Positions 17,166 through 29,331 of a stretch of DNA of 32,000 nucleotides are shown one piece after another. The stretch's first letter is position 1. Each line of letters starts with the position of its first letter. The stretch covers positions 30,001-62,000 of the forward strand of contig DAOOUC010000003.1 in NCBI GenBank assembly GCA_035390665.1. Reading direction: 5' to 3'. Source of the stretch: an archaeon. GTDB lineage: Archaea; Iainarchaeota; Iainarchaeia; Iainarchaeales; CSSED10-239. The notes under the pieces were generated by a model. It saw only the letters and a list, made by a program, of their open reading frames with translations, was not told the DNA's origin and made no database searches. The translations under genes and the position numbers were made by a program.

Positions 17166-17885
17166 ATGTTAAATAATTTATTAAATGGATTTAAAGTTTT
17201 TGTAAATAAAAAAACCCCACTTATTGTTTTATTATTTGCTTTTTCTTTCTTTGGACTCAATTATCTATCTAATGTTTTATTTGAAGAATTAGCAATAGGT
17301 ATTAGTCTTAAAGAATATCCTTCTTTTCTTGTAAATTACTATAGATTTGATTTATTTTGGTTTATCTTAGCAATGATTGGTTTATTCTTTTTATCTAATT
17401 TAGGAATATATTTAATTGCAAACAGTATTACAAAATCAAATAAAAAAATAAAGACAGATGTCTTTAATTGTTTAACATATACTATTTTAACAGCTATCTT
17501 CTTTTTATTTATTGGATTAATAGGATATTTTTCTGTTTTGCCAAGTGGCTATTTTTCTATAATAATGTTAATTATTTTAGGAATAATCGCTCTTGTTGTT
17601 TCTTTTATAACTTTCTTTGGTATTTTGTTTCTTCCAGTATCAAATACTATCAAAGATAGTTTAAGAAATTCCTGGGGATTTATTAAAAAAAGATTTTGGG
17701 CAATTGTTTTAATGATAATTATTCTTGGAATAATAAATGTAGCAATTAGTTATGCATTTGAAATTATTTATACAAGAATAAAAGATTCAGAAATAATTAG
17801 TTTAATACTATTTATATTTACAAATACTATAATAACAATGTATACTACAAGTGTTTTTTCTTCATTTATTAAGAAGAAAAAATAA
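17166..17885 (+). CDS. Polytopic membrane protein, hypothetical
   Basis: 239 aa with about 6 hydrophobic helices. GAGGA lies 6 nt upstream of the ATG. It starts 13 nt after the preceding gene, so the two are probably co-transcribed. Confidence 0.6.
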   Translation: MLNNLLNGFKVFVNKKTPLIVLLFAFSFFGLNYLSNVLFEELAIGISLKEYPSFLVNYYRFDLFWFILAMIGLFFLSNLGIYLIANSITKSNKKIKTDVFNCLTYTILTAIFFLFIGLIGYFSVLPSGYFSIIMLIILGIIALVVSFITFFGILFLPVSNTIKDSLRNSWGFIKKRFWAIVLMIIILGIINVAISYAFEIIYTRIKDSEIISLILFIFTNTIITMYTTSVFSSFIKKKK

Positions 17886-17935
17886 TTTTCTTTTTCTGAA
17901 TTAGTCTGATGACAAGAGAAAAAAATTAAAAACAC

Positions 17936-17961
17936 AAGAAAAGTTTTCACTTTTCTTTTTT
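17936..17961 (+). terminator. Hairpin plus T-tract terminator-like element (possibly bidirectional)
   Basis: AAGAAAAGT-TTTC-ACTTTTCTT forms a 9-bp stem with a 4-nt loop, followed by T-run 17956-17961. It lies 50 nt after the stop at 17885. The complementary strand is also followed by T-runs and lies downstream of the 23S unit. Confidence 0.45.
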
Positions 17962-18005
17962 AAGAAAAAAATCCGTTTTAAAGATTTTATTACGGATAAA
18001 GAAAA

Positions 18006-18021
18006 TAGGAAATTGTGCCAT
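18006..18021 (-). other. 3' half of the pre-23S processing stem
   Basis: TAGGAAATTGTGCCAT is the perfect reverse complement of 21113-21128. Further interrupted pairing (ATTTGAC/GTCAAAT, TAAATGAA/TTCATTTA) extends the helix toward the mature ends. Confidence 0.85.
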
Positions 18022-18072
18022 TTTGAACTGTCTTATTTCTAAGATTTGACCTCTAAATGAATTGAATCTATC

Positions 18073-21057
<2,985 letters not shown>

Positions 21058-21112
21058 TTTTTGTGAAAATTCTTTTCATTTAATAGTCAAATTTTATAAT
21101 AAACTTGAACAC

Positions 21113-21128
21113 ATGGCACAATTTCCTA
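21113..21128 (-). other. 5' half of the pre-23S processing stem
   Basis: ATGGCACAATTTCCTA (plus strand) is the perfect inverted repeat of 18006-18021. On the RNA the helix is interrupted next to it by an asymmetric bulged region. Confidence 0.85.
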
Positions 21129-21269
21129 CTCTCTCATCCCGTAAATGTAATAATTGCCAAAAATGCTAAAGTAACAAATTTGGACAATGACTTTTCTAAA
21201 AGATTTAAAACGGTCGAATTCCGATGCTAAAAGAACTTAGCCGGAATAACATAATTATGTAGCGACAGG

Positions 21270-21279
21270 TTTATAAATA
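21270..21279 (-). promoter_or_regulatory. Candidate TATA box for the 23S transcription unit
   Basis: Minus strand reads CTATTTATAAACC, about 145 nt upstream of the processing stem. It is the only strong TATA-like element between the upstream gene and the stem that I could single out. Confidence 0.3.
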
Positions 21280-21428
21280 GATCGCCATTTCTCTTCAGAT
21301 TTTGCCCCGATTTTAAAATAAAGGCTAATAAGTACTTATTTTGATTTTAAGGTAATTAAACCTACATTTAAGCAAAATTGCGCAATTAAATGGCAAAAAT
21401 GAAGAAACTGGGCCTGAAATAACCTCCA

Positions 21429-23225
21429 TTAATTAGGAGAATATAATAATCCTTCAACTTTTGTTGGTGTTTCAATTACTGGATCTCCTGAATCAACACC
21501 TAATTTTCCTTTGTCATTGCTTCCCCAACAATAAAGTTCTTTTATTTTTCCACTCCCTGGATCAACAATTGAACAAGTAAAATTATATCCTAAAGAAGTG
21601 TTTGTTTGATTAATCATATTTTTCATTGATTCTGGGACATTATGTGAAAGTTCATCTTTTGATTCTAGTCCTAATTGCCCAAGGTTATTACTTCCCCAGC
21701 AACTTTGTGTAAATCCTTCTTTCCCATAAATTGCACAACTGTGAGTTTTTCCAACATCTAACATTTGAATATTTGTTAAACCAACAACAGGGACAAATAC
21801 TGGAATATTTAAATCTCCTGCTCCAGAACCAAGTTTCCCGAATTCATTATTTCCTGCACAAAATGCAGAGTTATTTTCTTGAATAAATAAACAAGAATGG
21901 TTATCTCCAACAGATACTCTCATGGATATTGGAGCATTTATTTGTACTGGACTTAGTTGTGAAATAGTATCTTCAGTTCCTAATTGCCCAAAAGTATTAT
22001 CTCCCCAACACATAACCTTCCCATCGGTTAATACTGCACAAGCATGAGTAATTCCTATATCAACACTTATAACATCTGATAAAACAAAAGTTGGAGAATC
22101 TTTATGATCTTTATCTCCAACTCCTAATTGTCCATAAGAATTATCACCCCAACAATATAATTTATTTGCAGAATCAATAGCACAAGAAGAGTTTCCTCCA
22201 ACAGCTATACTAGTCACTTCTCCAAATTCAGGAATAACTACTGGTATTAAACTCAAACTTTCTGGAGTTTCAAAACCAAGTTGTCCATAAGAATTATCAC
22301 CCCAACACATTACATCTTTTGTGTCTAATAATGCACAAGAATGAGAAAATCCAATACTTACTTGTATTGCAGTATTAATCTCTAAAACTAAAACTGGTTT
22401 ATTACTTAAGTCATTAGTTCCGTTTCCAAGTTGGCCTTTTTCATTATTTCCCCAACAATTAATTTTACCCCCCTCTAACAAAACACAAGCATGATTTTCT
22501 CCTAAGGATAACTGTAATGGTTCATCTATTAAATAATTGTAAGTAATAATATCACTATCTATATAATTTTCTTTTATTGCAATTAATTTTAAGGTAGTAT
22601 CTTCTTGAATTAATATTGCACTACCATTATATTGATTACTTGTTTCAGAATCGGGGTTTGTCCCATCTGTTGTATAATAAATCATATCATTTTCATTATC
22701 TGGAGTCAAAGTAATTTCTGTATTTAATGGAAGATATCCTGAATCTAAAGAGGCGCTAGGATTTCCGACTTTTGGCTTTGTTTGTGGAGCTTTTGTAATA
22801 GTAGGTAAAGAAAAATAATTAGTTGAATTGTTTAAAACTATAGAAACCTTTGTTCCGGTCAATACTGTATCTATTGGAATAATAACCGATGCTCCTGTTA
22901 TTATCTCAATTTCAGAATCCAAAGTTATTTCTTCTGTATTTCCTTCATTGTCTGAAATTGTGTATCCTGTTATTGTTACATTATTTGGCCCTAAATTTTT
23001 AATATTTAAATTACCTGTTTTTTCTATTGTTGCAGCTACAAAAGAATTTACTACAATTTGATTTTCTATATATTTCTTAGTATCTAAAATTCCATCTGTT
23101 TTGTCTAAACTTTTATTTGTAAATTGATTTCCCCAACTTAAAATTGCAACAGTAATTATTGTTGCAACAACAACTAATAATATTACTGTTATAAGCGTTG
23201 ACACAGCTTTAAATTTATTTTTCAT
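21429..23225 (-). CDS. Surface protein: archaeal type IV pilin-like signal + chitobiase/hexosaminidase-C-like domain + seven-bladed RCC1-repeat propeller
   Basis: 598 aa. N-terminus MKNKFKA|VSTLITVILLVVVATIITVAIL matches a class III signal / DUF361-type pilin N-terminus. MIYYTTDGTNPDSETSNQYNGSAILIQEDTTLKLIAI matches the CHB_HEX_C-type pattern. There are seven CWG(D/N)N..G(Q/K)LG repeats. GAGGAT SD-like motif upstream. Confidence 0.85.
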   Translation of the reverse strand: MKNKFKAVSTLITVILLVVVATIITVAILSWGNQFTNKSLDKTDGILDTKKYIENQIVVNSFVAATIEKTGNLNIKNLGPNNVTITGYTISDNEGNTEEITLDSEIEIITGASVIIPIDTVLTGTKVSIVLNNSTNYFSLPTITKAPQTKPKVGNPSASLDSGYLPLNTEITLTPDNENDMIYYTTDGTNPDSETSNQYNGSAILIQEDTTLKLIAIKENYIDSDIITYNYLIDEPLQLSLGENHACVLLEGGKINCWGNNEKGQLGNGTNDLSNKPVLVLEINTAIQVSIGFSHSCALLDTKDVMCWGDNSYGQLGFETPESLSLIPVVIPEFGEVTSIAVGGNSSCAIDSANKLYCWGDNSYGQLGVGDKDHKDSPTFVLSDVISVDIGITHACAVLTDGKVMCWGDNTFGQLGTEDTISQLSPVQINAPISMRVSVGDNHSCLFIQENNSAFCAGNNEFGKLGSGAGDLNIPVFVPVVGLTNIQMLDVGKTHSCAIYGKEGFTQSCWGSNNLGQLGLESKDELSHNVPESMKNMINQTNTSLGYNFTCSIVDPGSGKIKELYCWGSNDKGKLGVDSGDPVIETPTKVEGLLYSPN

Positions 23226-23349
23226 ATTATTTATATCCTCTCAAACTATTCTTAAAATTAGAATCAATATTTATAAATTACCAAATTATTTAAATAGTTA
23301 TTCTTTCTTTAATATATATTAACTTATTTTATAATGATGTGAATTTTTT

Positions 23350-24546
23350 ATGATTATTGGAATTGTTGGAAAACCTAATGTTGGAAAAACTACTTTTTTT
23401 AAAGCTTTAACTTTAATGGATGCTGAAGCAGCTAATTATCCATTTACAACAATTGACCCAAACAAAGGTGTGGGTTTTGTTAGAAATAATTGTGTGGATA
23501 CTTTCTTTAATACACAATGTAATCCAAGACACGGTTTTTGTAAAGAACACATTAGATTTTTACCTGTTGATATTATTGATGTTGCTGGTCTTGTTCCTGG
23601 GGCAAGCGAAGGAAGGGGTCTTGGAAATAAATTTTTGACTGATCTTTATCAAGCACAAGTTTTAATTCAAGTAATCGATATTTCTGGAAGTACGGATGAA
23701 GAAGGTAGACCTGTTGCTCTTGGTTCTTACGACCCTGCTTTAGAAATTGCATTCCTATTGACAGAGATTGAAACTTGGTTATTTGGAATTTTTAAAAAAA
23801 ATTTTGAAAAACTTGGTAGAGAACAACAAGTAAGAAAAATTAAAACACTTAAAACTCTTTTATCTTTTATGAGTGGTATGGGAATCTCTGAAGAAGTACT
23901 AGATCATTGTCTTAAATCTTTAAACTTACATGAAAAAGAAATAATCTCTTGGTCTGATGAAGAATTAATGTTTTTTACAAAAAAGATAAGAGAAACAACT
24001 AAACCAATAGTTATTGCAGCAAATAAAATAGATATGCCTGGTTCTAAAGAAAGATTAGAAAAATTAAAAGAAAGATTTCCAAATCTTTTAATTGTTGGTT
24101 GTTCTGCAGAATCTGAACTGGCTTTAAAGACAGCAGATAAAAACAAAGTTGTTGATTATATTCCTGGTAATAATAATTTTAAAATATTAAAAGAAGACAT
24201 TCCTGAAAAACAAAAAAAAGGATTAGAATTTGTTCAAAAACAAATACTTGGTAATTTCGGTTCTACTGGCGTCCAAGAAATAATAGATAATTGCGCGTTT
24301 AATGTTTTAAAATATATAGCAATATATCCTGGTGGAACAAAAAGTCTAAAAGACAAAGATGGAAATGTTTTACCGGATTGTTTTTTAATGCCTCCTGGCA
24401 CAACAACACTTGACTTTGCTTATAAACTTCATACAGACTTTGGGGATAACTTTATCAAAGCCATTGATGTAAAGACAAAGATGCTTCTTGGAAGAGAACA
24501 TATTCTAAAGAATAACGATGTTATAGAAATAGTAAGTGGAAAATAA
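23350..24546 (+). CDS. Obg-like GTPase of the YchF/Ygr210 group with a C-terminal TGS domain
   Basis: 398 aa. G1 GKPNVGKT, G2 region YPFTTIDPN, G3 DVAGL, G4 NKID. C-terminal TGS-like segment (...LGREHILKNNDVIEIVSGK). Confidence 0.85.
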   Translation: MIIGIVGKPNVGKTTFFKALTLMDAEAANYPFTTIDPNKGVGFVRNNCVDTFFNTQCNPRHGFCKEHIRFLPVDIIDVAGLVPGASEGRGLGNKFLTDLYQAQVLIQVIDISGSTDEEGRPVALGSYDPALEIAFLLTEIETWLFGIFKKNFEKLGREQQVRKIKTLKTLLSFMSGMGISEEVLDHCLKSLNLHEKEIISWSDEELMFFTKKIRETTKPIVIAANKIDMPGSKERLEKLKERFPNLLIVGCSAESELALKTADKNKVVDYIPGNNNFKILKEDIPEKQKKGLEFVQKQILGNFGSTGVQEIIDNCAFNVLKYIAIYPGGTKSLKDKDGNVLPDCFLMPPGTTTLDFAYKLHTDFGDNFIKAIDVKTKMLLGREHILKNNDVIEIVSGK

Positions 24547-24552
24547 AAAAAA

Positions 24553-25140
24553 TTATTTAGCCACAGATCTTTTTGTTTTTGATATTATTGGTTTTATTTT
24601 CTTTTTTTCTATTTTTTGTCTTGGTTTTAATCCTACAAGTCTTTTTACCTTTCTTTGTAGTCTTTCTTTAGTATATGGTATTAATTTTTCTTTAAATTCT
24701 TGAATTATTTTATTTATATTTTCTATGTTTTTTCTTTGTATATTGTCATTAACATATCTATTCCAATCTTTATTAAATTCAGAAAGATTAGTTGAAAGAA
24801 CTTTATTGTAAATACCAATTTCTCCGGTTTTAGTAGGAATAAAAGAATAAATATTCAAGTCTTTAGGATTAATAAAAAAATCCGCATCTCTTCCTATCGC
24901 ATAATCTTTCTTAAGAACAAGAACTGGTGCTTTTTTTTCTTTAAAATTAGTTATTTTAACTTCTAATCTATTCTCTCTAATTGCTTCATAAAAATCTGCA
25001 TAAAGCATATAATTACCTTTATATAATTCTAGATCTCTGTGTGTTGTGCCTTCTAGTTCTTTCCTTCTTATTCCTTCTTTTGATCTTCTTAATGAAGTTA
25101 ATATTGATCCATTTAATAATCCACTTTTAATTTCTACCAT
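24553..25140 (-). CDS. Hypothetical basic-tailed protein, paralog family member (third gene of a 3-gene operon)
   Basis: 195 aa. Core YADFYEAIR...EKKAPVLVLKK...DLNIYSF. Basic tail ends KTKRSVAK. GTGAT SD-like motif. It starts 13 nt after the upstream gene. Confidence 0.6.
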   Translation of the reverse strand: MVEIKSGLLNGSILTSLRRSKEGIRRKELEGTTHRDLELYKGNYMLYADFYEAIRENRLEVKITNFKEKKAPVLVLKKDYAIGRDADFFINPKDLNIYSFIPTKTGEIGIYNKVLSTNLSEFNKDWNRYVNDNIQRKNIENINKIIQEFKEKLIPYTKERLQRKVKRLVGLKPRQKIEKKKIKPIISKTKRSVAK

Positions 25141-25153
25141 TTTTTATCACGTT

Positions 25154-25612
25154 TTATTTTGCCATTGATCTTACTCTTCTTACCATTGGCCTTTTTGGTT
25201 TTATCTTGTGTTTTAATTCTCTGTGGGGTTTAAATTCTCTTGATTTAATTTTTTCTAGTTTTTTTGCTTTTAATCTTTCAATTATTTTACTTTTTGCATC
25301 TTCTGAAATTTTTTGAGAAATTTTATTTAATTCTTCTTTCAATTTATCATTTTGAGTATTTTGTGTTTGATTAATATCTAAAACTTTTTCTACACTAATT
25401 ATTTGTCCTAAAAAAGTTTTAACTTGATAAATAGAAAGATCATTTAAAACAATAACTAATTTTCTATTAAAAGGATTTTTTTTAAGAACAAACACAGCTT
25501 TTTTTTCTCCATCTATTCTTAATACTCTTACAGCCCCTTCCTTATTTTTTAAAGCATTAAAAAAAGTCTCATAAATTTCTTGAGAGGCCATATTTTCAAA
25601 CCTTAACGTCAT
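25154..25612 (-). CDS. Hypothetical basic-tailed protein, paralog family member (second gene of the operon)
   Basis: 152 aa. Core YETFFNALK...EKKAVFVLKK...DLSIYQV. Basic tail ends RRVRSMAK. It starts 11 nt after the upstream gene. Confidence 0.6.
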   Translation of the reverse strand: MTLRFENMASQEIYETFFNALKNKEGAVRVLRIDGEKKAVFVLKKNPFNRKLVIVLNDLSIYQVKTFLGQIISVEKVLDINQTQNTQNDKLKEELNKISQKISEDAKSKIIERLKAKKLEKIKSREFKPHRELKHKIKPKRPMVRRVRSMAK

Positions 25613-25623
25613 ATATTCTCTAT

Positions 25624-26316
25624 TTATTTCTTAAGACTTAATCTTTCCCTTATTGTTTTTGGTCTAAAATCTCTTGTTTGTGGATCAATTGTATATCCTG
25701 GCATTGTTAAGTGTTTAACTTGGAATCCTAAAAACTCTCTTAAATTTTCTTCATATCTTATTTCTGCATTTTCTCCGGTTGGAATTATTTTTTCTGAAAG
25801 TGATCTAAATGATTGTTCTCCTGATTTTGAATCAAAATCGATTTTCTTAAATTGACCAGTTATAAAATCTTGTGCCATTTTTGATAATCTAATTACTGTA
25901 TACCCCATAACTTTGCCTGTTTTAATGTCTGTTACAGCAATCGCAAAGTTAGTTAATCCATTTTTCTTATATGCATTTATTATACCCATTAAACTACTTC
26001 TTCTAGGTAGAGAATTTGGAATGTCTTTTGCTAATGGATCTCTTAAATTATCTTTAATTTGAACTAATGTTGAATTTCCAAATCTTTTTTTTGCATCTTC
26101 TTTTATTTTTTGATTAATTTTATCAATTTCTAAAAAATCTGTTTTAGATTTAAATCTATTAACTTCTTTTGAAACTTCATGCATTCTTTCCATCTTGCTT
26201 TTTGGAACTTTTAAGAATACGGCTGGATTATTATCTCCTATTTTTCTTTTTTCTTTTACAATTTTTTCAATTCTTTTCTTAAATGTTACTGGTTTTGGTT
26301 TTGGCATTTTTATCAC
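25624..26316 (-). CDS. Hypothetical basic protein (first gene of the operon; possibly distantly related to the paralog family)
   Basis: 230 aa. Basic N-terminus (PKPKPVTFKKRIEKIVKEKRK). Segment IINAYKKNGLTNFAIAVTDIKTGKV loosely parallels the family core. GTGAT SD-like motif, and TTTATAAA lies about 60 nt upstream. Confidence 0.55.
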   Translation of the reverse strand: MIKMPKPKPVTFKKRIEKIVKEKRKIGDNNPAVFLKVPKSKMERMHEVSKEVNRFKSKTDFLEIDKINQKIKEDAKKRFGNSTLVQIKDNLRDPLAKDIPNSLPRRSSLMGIINAYKKNGLTNFAIAVTDIKTGKVMGYTVIRLSKMAQDFITGQFKKIDFDSKSGEQSFRSLSEKIIPTGENAEIRYEENLREFLGFQVKHLTMPGYTIDPQTRDFRPKTIRERLSLKK

Positions 26317-26382
26317 TTTTTTTAATTTTTTATCCTTTGATTAATAATTATATTGCTAATAATTATGTTTATAAACTCTACT

Positions 26383-29241
26383 TTATTCTACTAAAATTCC
26401 TACTTTTCCTGGAAGTGCTGTTTTTGCTTTTGGATGGCCACTGCTTTCTGCTTTTATAATCTCAACATTACATTCTAAAGTTTTTGAGAAGAAATCTCTT
26501 GCAAACATATACATTGTAAATTCCTTGTTTTGATTTTCAGGAACAGATAGCATTGCGGGATTTTTGATTGCTGAAGTTATTGTTTTATTTACAAGTTCTT
26601 TATTGTCTTTGTATTTGTCCAAGAAATAATGCATTAGTTCTTTTACATTTCTGTTTTGTTTAATTTCAATTTCTTCTTTTAGTTCTTTAAATAGTAAATA
26701 ATTACTTTCTGGAGATATAAACAATGTTACTTTGTTTGGTTTTTCAACACCAGACATCTTTATTATATTTCTTATATCCCCTACCATTTTTTCAATTCTT
26801 TTTTCGTCTTCTATTATTTCTGTGTTAATCTTTTTAAGATTTATTTTTGGAAAAGAGGATACAGAAACTAATTCTTTAACACTTATTTTTTCATTTAATT
26901 CTTCTGATAAATGTGGAGTAAATAGCCCCATAGTCAATATCCATTCTTTAAGAACAGAAATTAAAATTTCTTTATTATTTCCTCCTCTATTTCTATACCA
27001 AGAGATATCGTTATAGAAATTAAAATAAATCTCATCTGTTGCATTCTTGAATTCAATTATTTCCATATTCTCTGTAATTGACTTTAATCTTGTTTGCCAC
27101 ATTGATTCTAACCAAGAGTCAAGTCTTGTGTCTTTGTTGTTTTCTTTTTCTTCTATTATTTCTTCTATTAAGTTATAAATCTTATCAAGTCTTTGCTTAT
27201 AATTAATAAGGTCTTCTTTTTCAAAAGAAATATCTACAAAAGGATTAGCAATATTAGCATAGAAAAGTCTCATGGCATCCACTGAATAAGTCTTTGCTTC
27301 ATCTCCTAGACTTCTAACTCCCCCTTTAGATTTAGATATTTTTCCTGATTTAGAAACAACCCACCAGTTTACAAATATTCCTTTAGGGTAATATTTTTCA
27401 GGCAAGATTCCAACGTGGTTCATTAAAAAAACAGGGAAGTGAACTGTTTGGTGTTCTTTTCCTCCGAGATTAATATCTAGAGGATACCAATATTCAACAT
27501 CTTTTCTTATTCTTTCTACAATTGTTTTTTCAATTCCTGTGTCTTCTGCTTTTCCTTTTCCTAAATAAACATAGTCAAAGAATTGTTCTGTTAGTTGTTC
27601 TGTTTTTATTGTTCCGTCATTAACATATTTACTTACTAAGTAATAGATTGGATAAAGTGTGCTATCTGCAATAGGTTCAATTGTATAACTTTTATCAAAT
27701 GGTAATTTTGTTCCAAGCCATCTCCCTTGTCTTGCACAAGCACGTTTACCAAACCAATCAAGAATTCCTGGTAGATTTTGTTTGAATTGTTCAGGTAGAA
27801 GAGTCATTGTTTCTATATGCTTTTTTGTTTTCTCTGTTAATTCTTTATTATCATAATCTATGAACCATTGATCTGGAACTTTTTTTATTACTACTTTTCC
27901 TCCACACCTACATACAACTTCTTCTGATAAGTCATAAAATATATCTGCTTGCCCTTTAGAAATTAAATCTTCTTTCATTTTGTTTTTTGCATCTTCTACT
28001 TTCATTCCTTTGAATGCACCGCAACTATCCAAAAGAACACCTGTATGAAATCCTTTCTTGTAAACTTCTTTTTTTGCAAGTTCTAATTTTTCAATATCTG
28101 CTTGTGATTTAATACTATATTTCTCACAAATCTCAATTGCTGCAAATTCTCCAAAGTCTTTTGATTTAATTATTGGTATTGGTTTTATTTCTTTTATTCT
28201 TTCCCAATCTAAATTATACTTTTTACATTCACTTTCAGAAACTTGAAGATCATGAAGCCCAATCCAATCTGCTGGAGCATCAGATGGAACAGAAGTAACA
28301 ATTCCGGTACCCACTGTTGGGTCACAGAATTTTGATGGTAATATTATTATCTCTCTATTAACATAAGGTGCAAGACAATATTTTCCAACTAATTCTTTTC
28401 CACTAATCTGTCCAACAATTTCAGATTTTTCTTCTTTTTGCCAAGCAATCTTTTCTGCAAATTCTTTACTAGCAACCCAAGTTTCTTCTCCAACTTTTAT
28501 CTTAACATATTCTTGATTATAATCTAACCAAACATTTGTTTGTCCAAACATTGTTTCTGGCCTTAAAGTTGCAACAACAATATATTGTCCTGGTTTTTCA
28601 TATTGTAATTTTATAATTGTATATTCGTTCTTTTCTGCCTTTCCACCTTTACTTAAATCCATTTCTGAAGGGTCGACTGCTACTGGCCCACAATTAACAC
28701 AAACTGTTGCATAATATGGTGCTTGAATCAAAAGTCCTAAATCTTTTAATTTCTTAAACTGCCATTCTATAAATTTATTATAATCTGGATAAGTAGTTAC
28801 AGTAAATCTTTGCCAATCTCCGATAAAACCAAAATCTTTATAGTCTTCTACATATTTTTTAGAAAAGAAATCAACAAAACCTTCTGGTGTTGATATTGTT
28901 TTTATGTCTTTGTCTGTTAAACCCATTTCTTTATAATAATTAATAGTTTCTGTGTCGTTTTCAGAAATCTTTTTTGCTTTTGCTACAGCTGAGTTTCCTG
29001 AAGCATGCCCTCCAGCAGGAAGTAAAACATTAAAACCATTCATTCTTTTAAATCTTGCAATTGCATCAGCATAAGAAAAACCTCTCATATGTCCTACGTG
29101 ATGAAATCCAGAAACAGTTAAGTATGCCCAGATAATAAAATATTTAGGTTTATTCTCAATAGGGTTTACTACACCAATTTTTTTTTCTTCCCATTTATTT
29201 TGCCATTTCTTCTCGGCTTTAGAAAAATCATAAGTACTCAT
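26383..29241 (-). CDS. leuS: Leucyl-tRNA synthetase (archaeal/eukaryal type)
   Basis: 952 aa. N-terminal KKWQNKWEE, HIGH-type motif HVGHMRG, editing-domain motif GTGIVTSVPSDAPADW, KMSKS-type motif KISKSKG. GTGAT SD-like motif upstream. Confidence 0.93.
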   Translation of the reverse strand: MSTYDFSKAEKKWQNKWEEKKIGVVNPIENKPKYFIIWAYLTVSGFHHVGHMRGFSYADAIARFKRMNGFNVLLPAGGHASGNSAVAKAKKISENDTETINYYKEMGLTDKDIKTISTPEGFVDFFSKKYVEDYKDFGFIGDWQRFTVTTYPDYNKFIEWQFKKLKDLGLLIQAPYYATVCVNCGPVAVDPSEMDLSKGGKAEKNEYTIIKLQYEKPGQYIVVATLRPETMFGQTNVWLDYNQEYVKIKVGEETWVASKEFAEKIAWQKEEKSEIVGQISGKELVGKYCLAPYVNREIIILPSKFCDPTVGTGIVTSVPSDAPADWIGLHDLQVSESECKKYNLDWERIKEIKPIPIIKSKDFGEFAAIEICEKYSIKSQADIEKLELAKKEVYKKGFHTGVLLDSCGAFKGMKVEDAKNKMKEDLISKGQADIFYDLSEEVVCRCGGKVVIKKVPDQWFIDYDNKELTEKTKKHIETMTLLPEQFKQNLPGILDWFGKRACARQGRWLGTKLPFDKSYTIEPIADSTLYPIYYLVSKYVNDGTIKTEQLTEQFFDYVYLGKGKAEDTGIEKTIVERIRKDVEYWYPLDINLGGKEHQTVHFPVFLMNHVGILPEKYYPKGIFVNWWVVSKSGKISKSKGGVRSLGDEAKTYSVDAMRLFYANIANPFVDISFEKEDLINYKQRLDKIYNLIEEIIEEKENNKDTRLDSWLESMWQTRLKSITENMEIIEFKNATDEIYFNFYNDISWYRNRGGNNKEILISVLKEWILTMGLFTPHLSEELNEKISVKELVSVSSFPKINLKKINTEIIEDEKRIEKMVGDIRNIIKMSGVEKPNKVTLFISPESNYLLFKELKEEIEIKQNRNVKELMHYFLDKYKDNKELVNKTITSAIKNPAMLSVPENQNKEFTMYMFARDFFSKTLECNVEIIKAESSGHPKAKTALPGKVGILVE

Positions 29242-29331
29242 TAGTAATCACTCTAAAATATAATATATAAATAAAGAGTAAAAATATATAAAAAGAAATT
29301 GTTTAGAAGAAAGAAAAGAAAAAATGTAACA

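Noticed and set aside
17906-17912. CTGATGA in the spacer downstream of 17885 as box C of a second C/D sRNA
   Set aside because: No CTGA D or D' box lies at the expected 12-13 nt spacing, there is no C' box, and there is no terminal stem.
17886-18072. Possible 5S rRNA or tRNA downstream of the 23S gene
   Set aside because: The sequence is AT-rich, has no 5S-like or cloverleaf-like GC-rich helices, and is accounted for by the processing-stem flank and a terminator-like hairpin.
21129-21428. Slightly GC-richer stretch upstream of the 23S gene as a hidden small RNA
   Set aside because: I found no convincing conserved boxes, cloverleaf or extended helices by eye. It is more simply the terminator region of the upstream gene plus the 23S promoter and leader.
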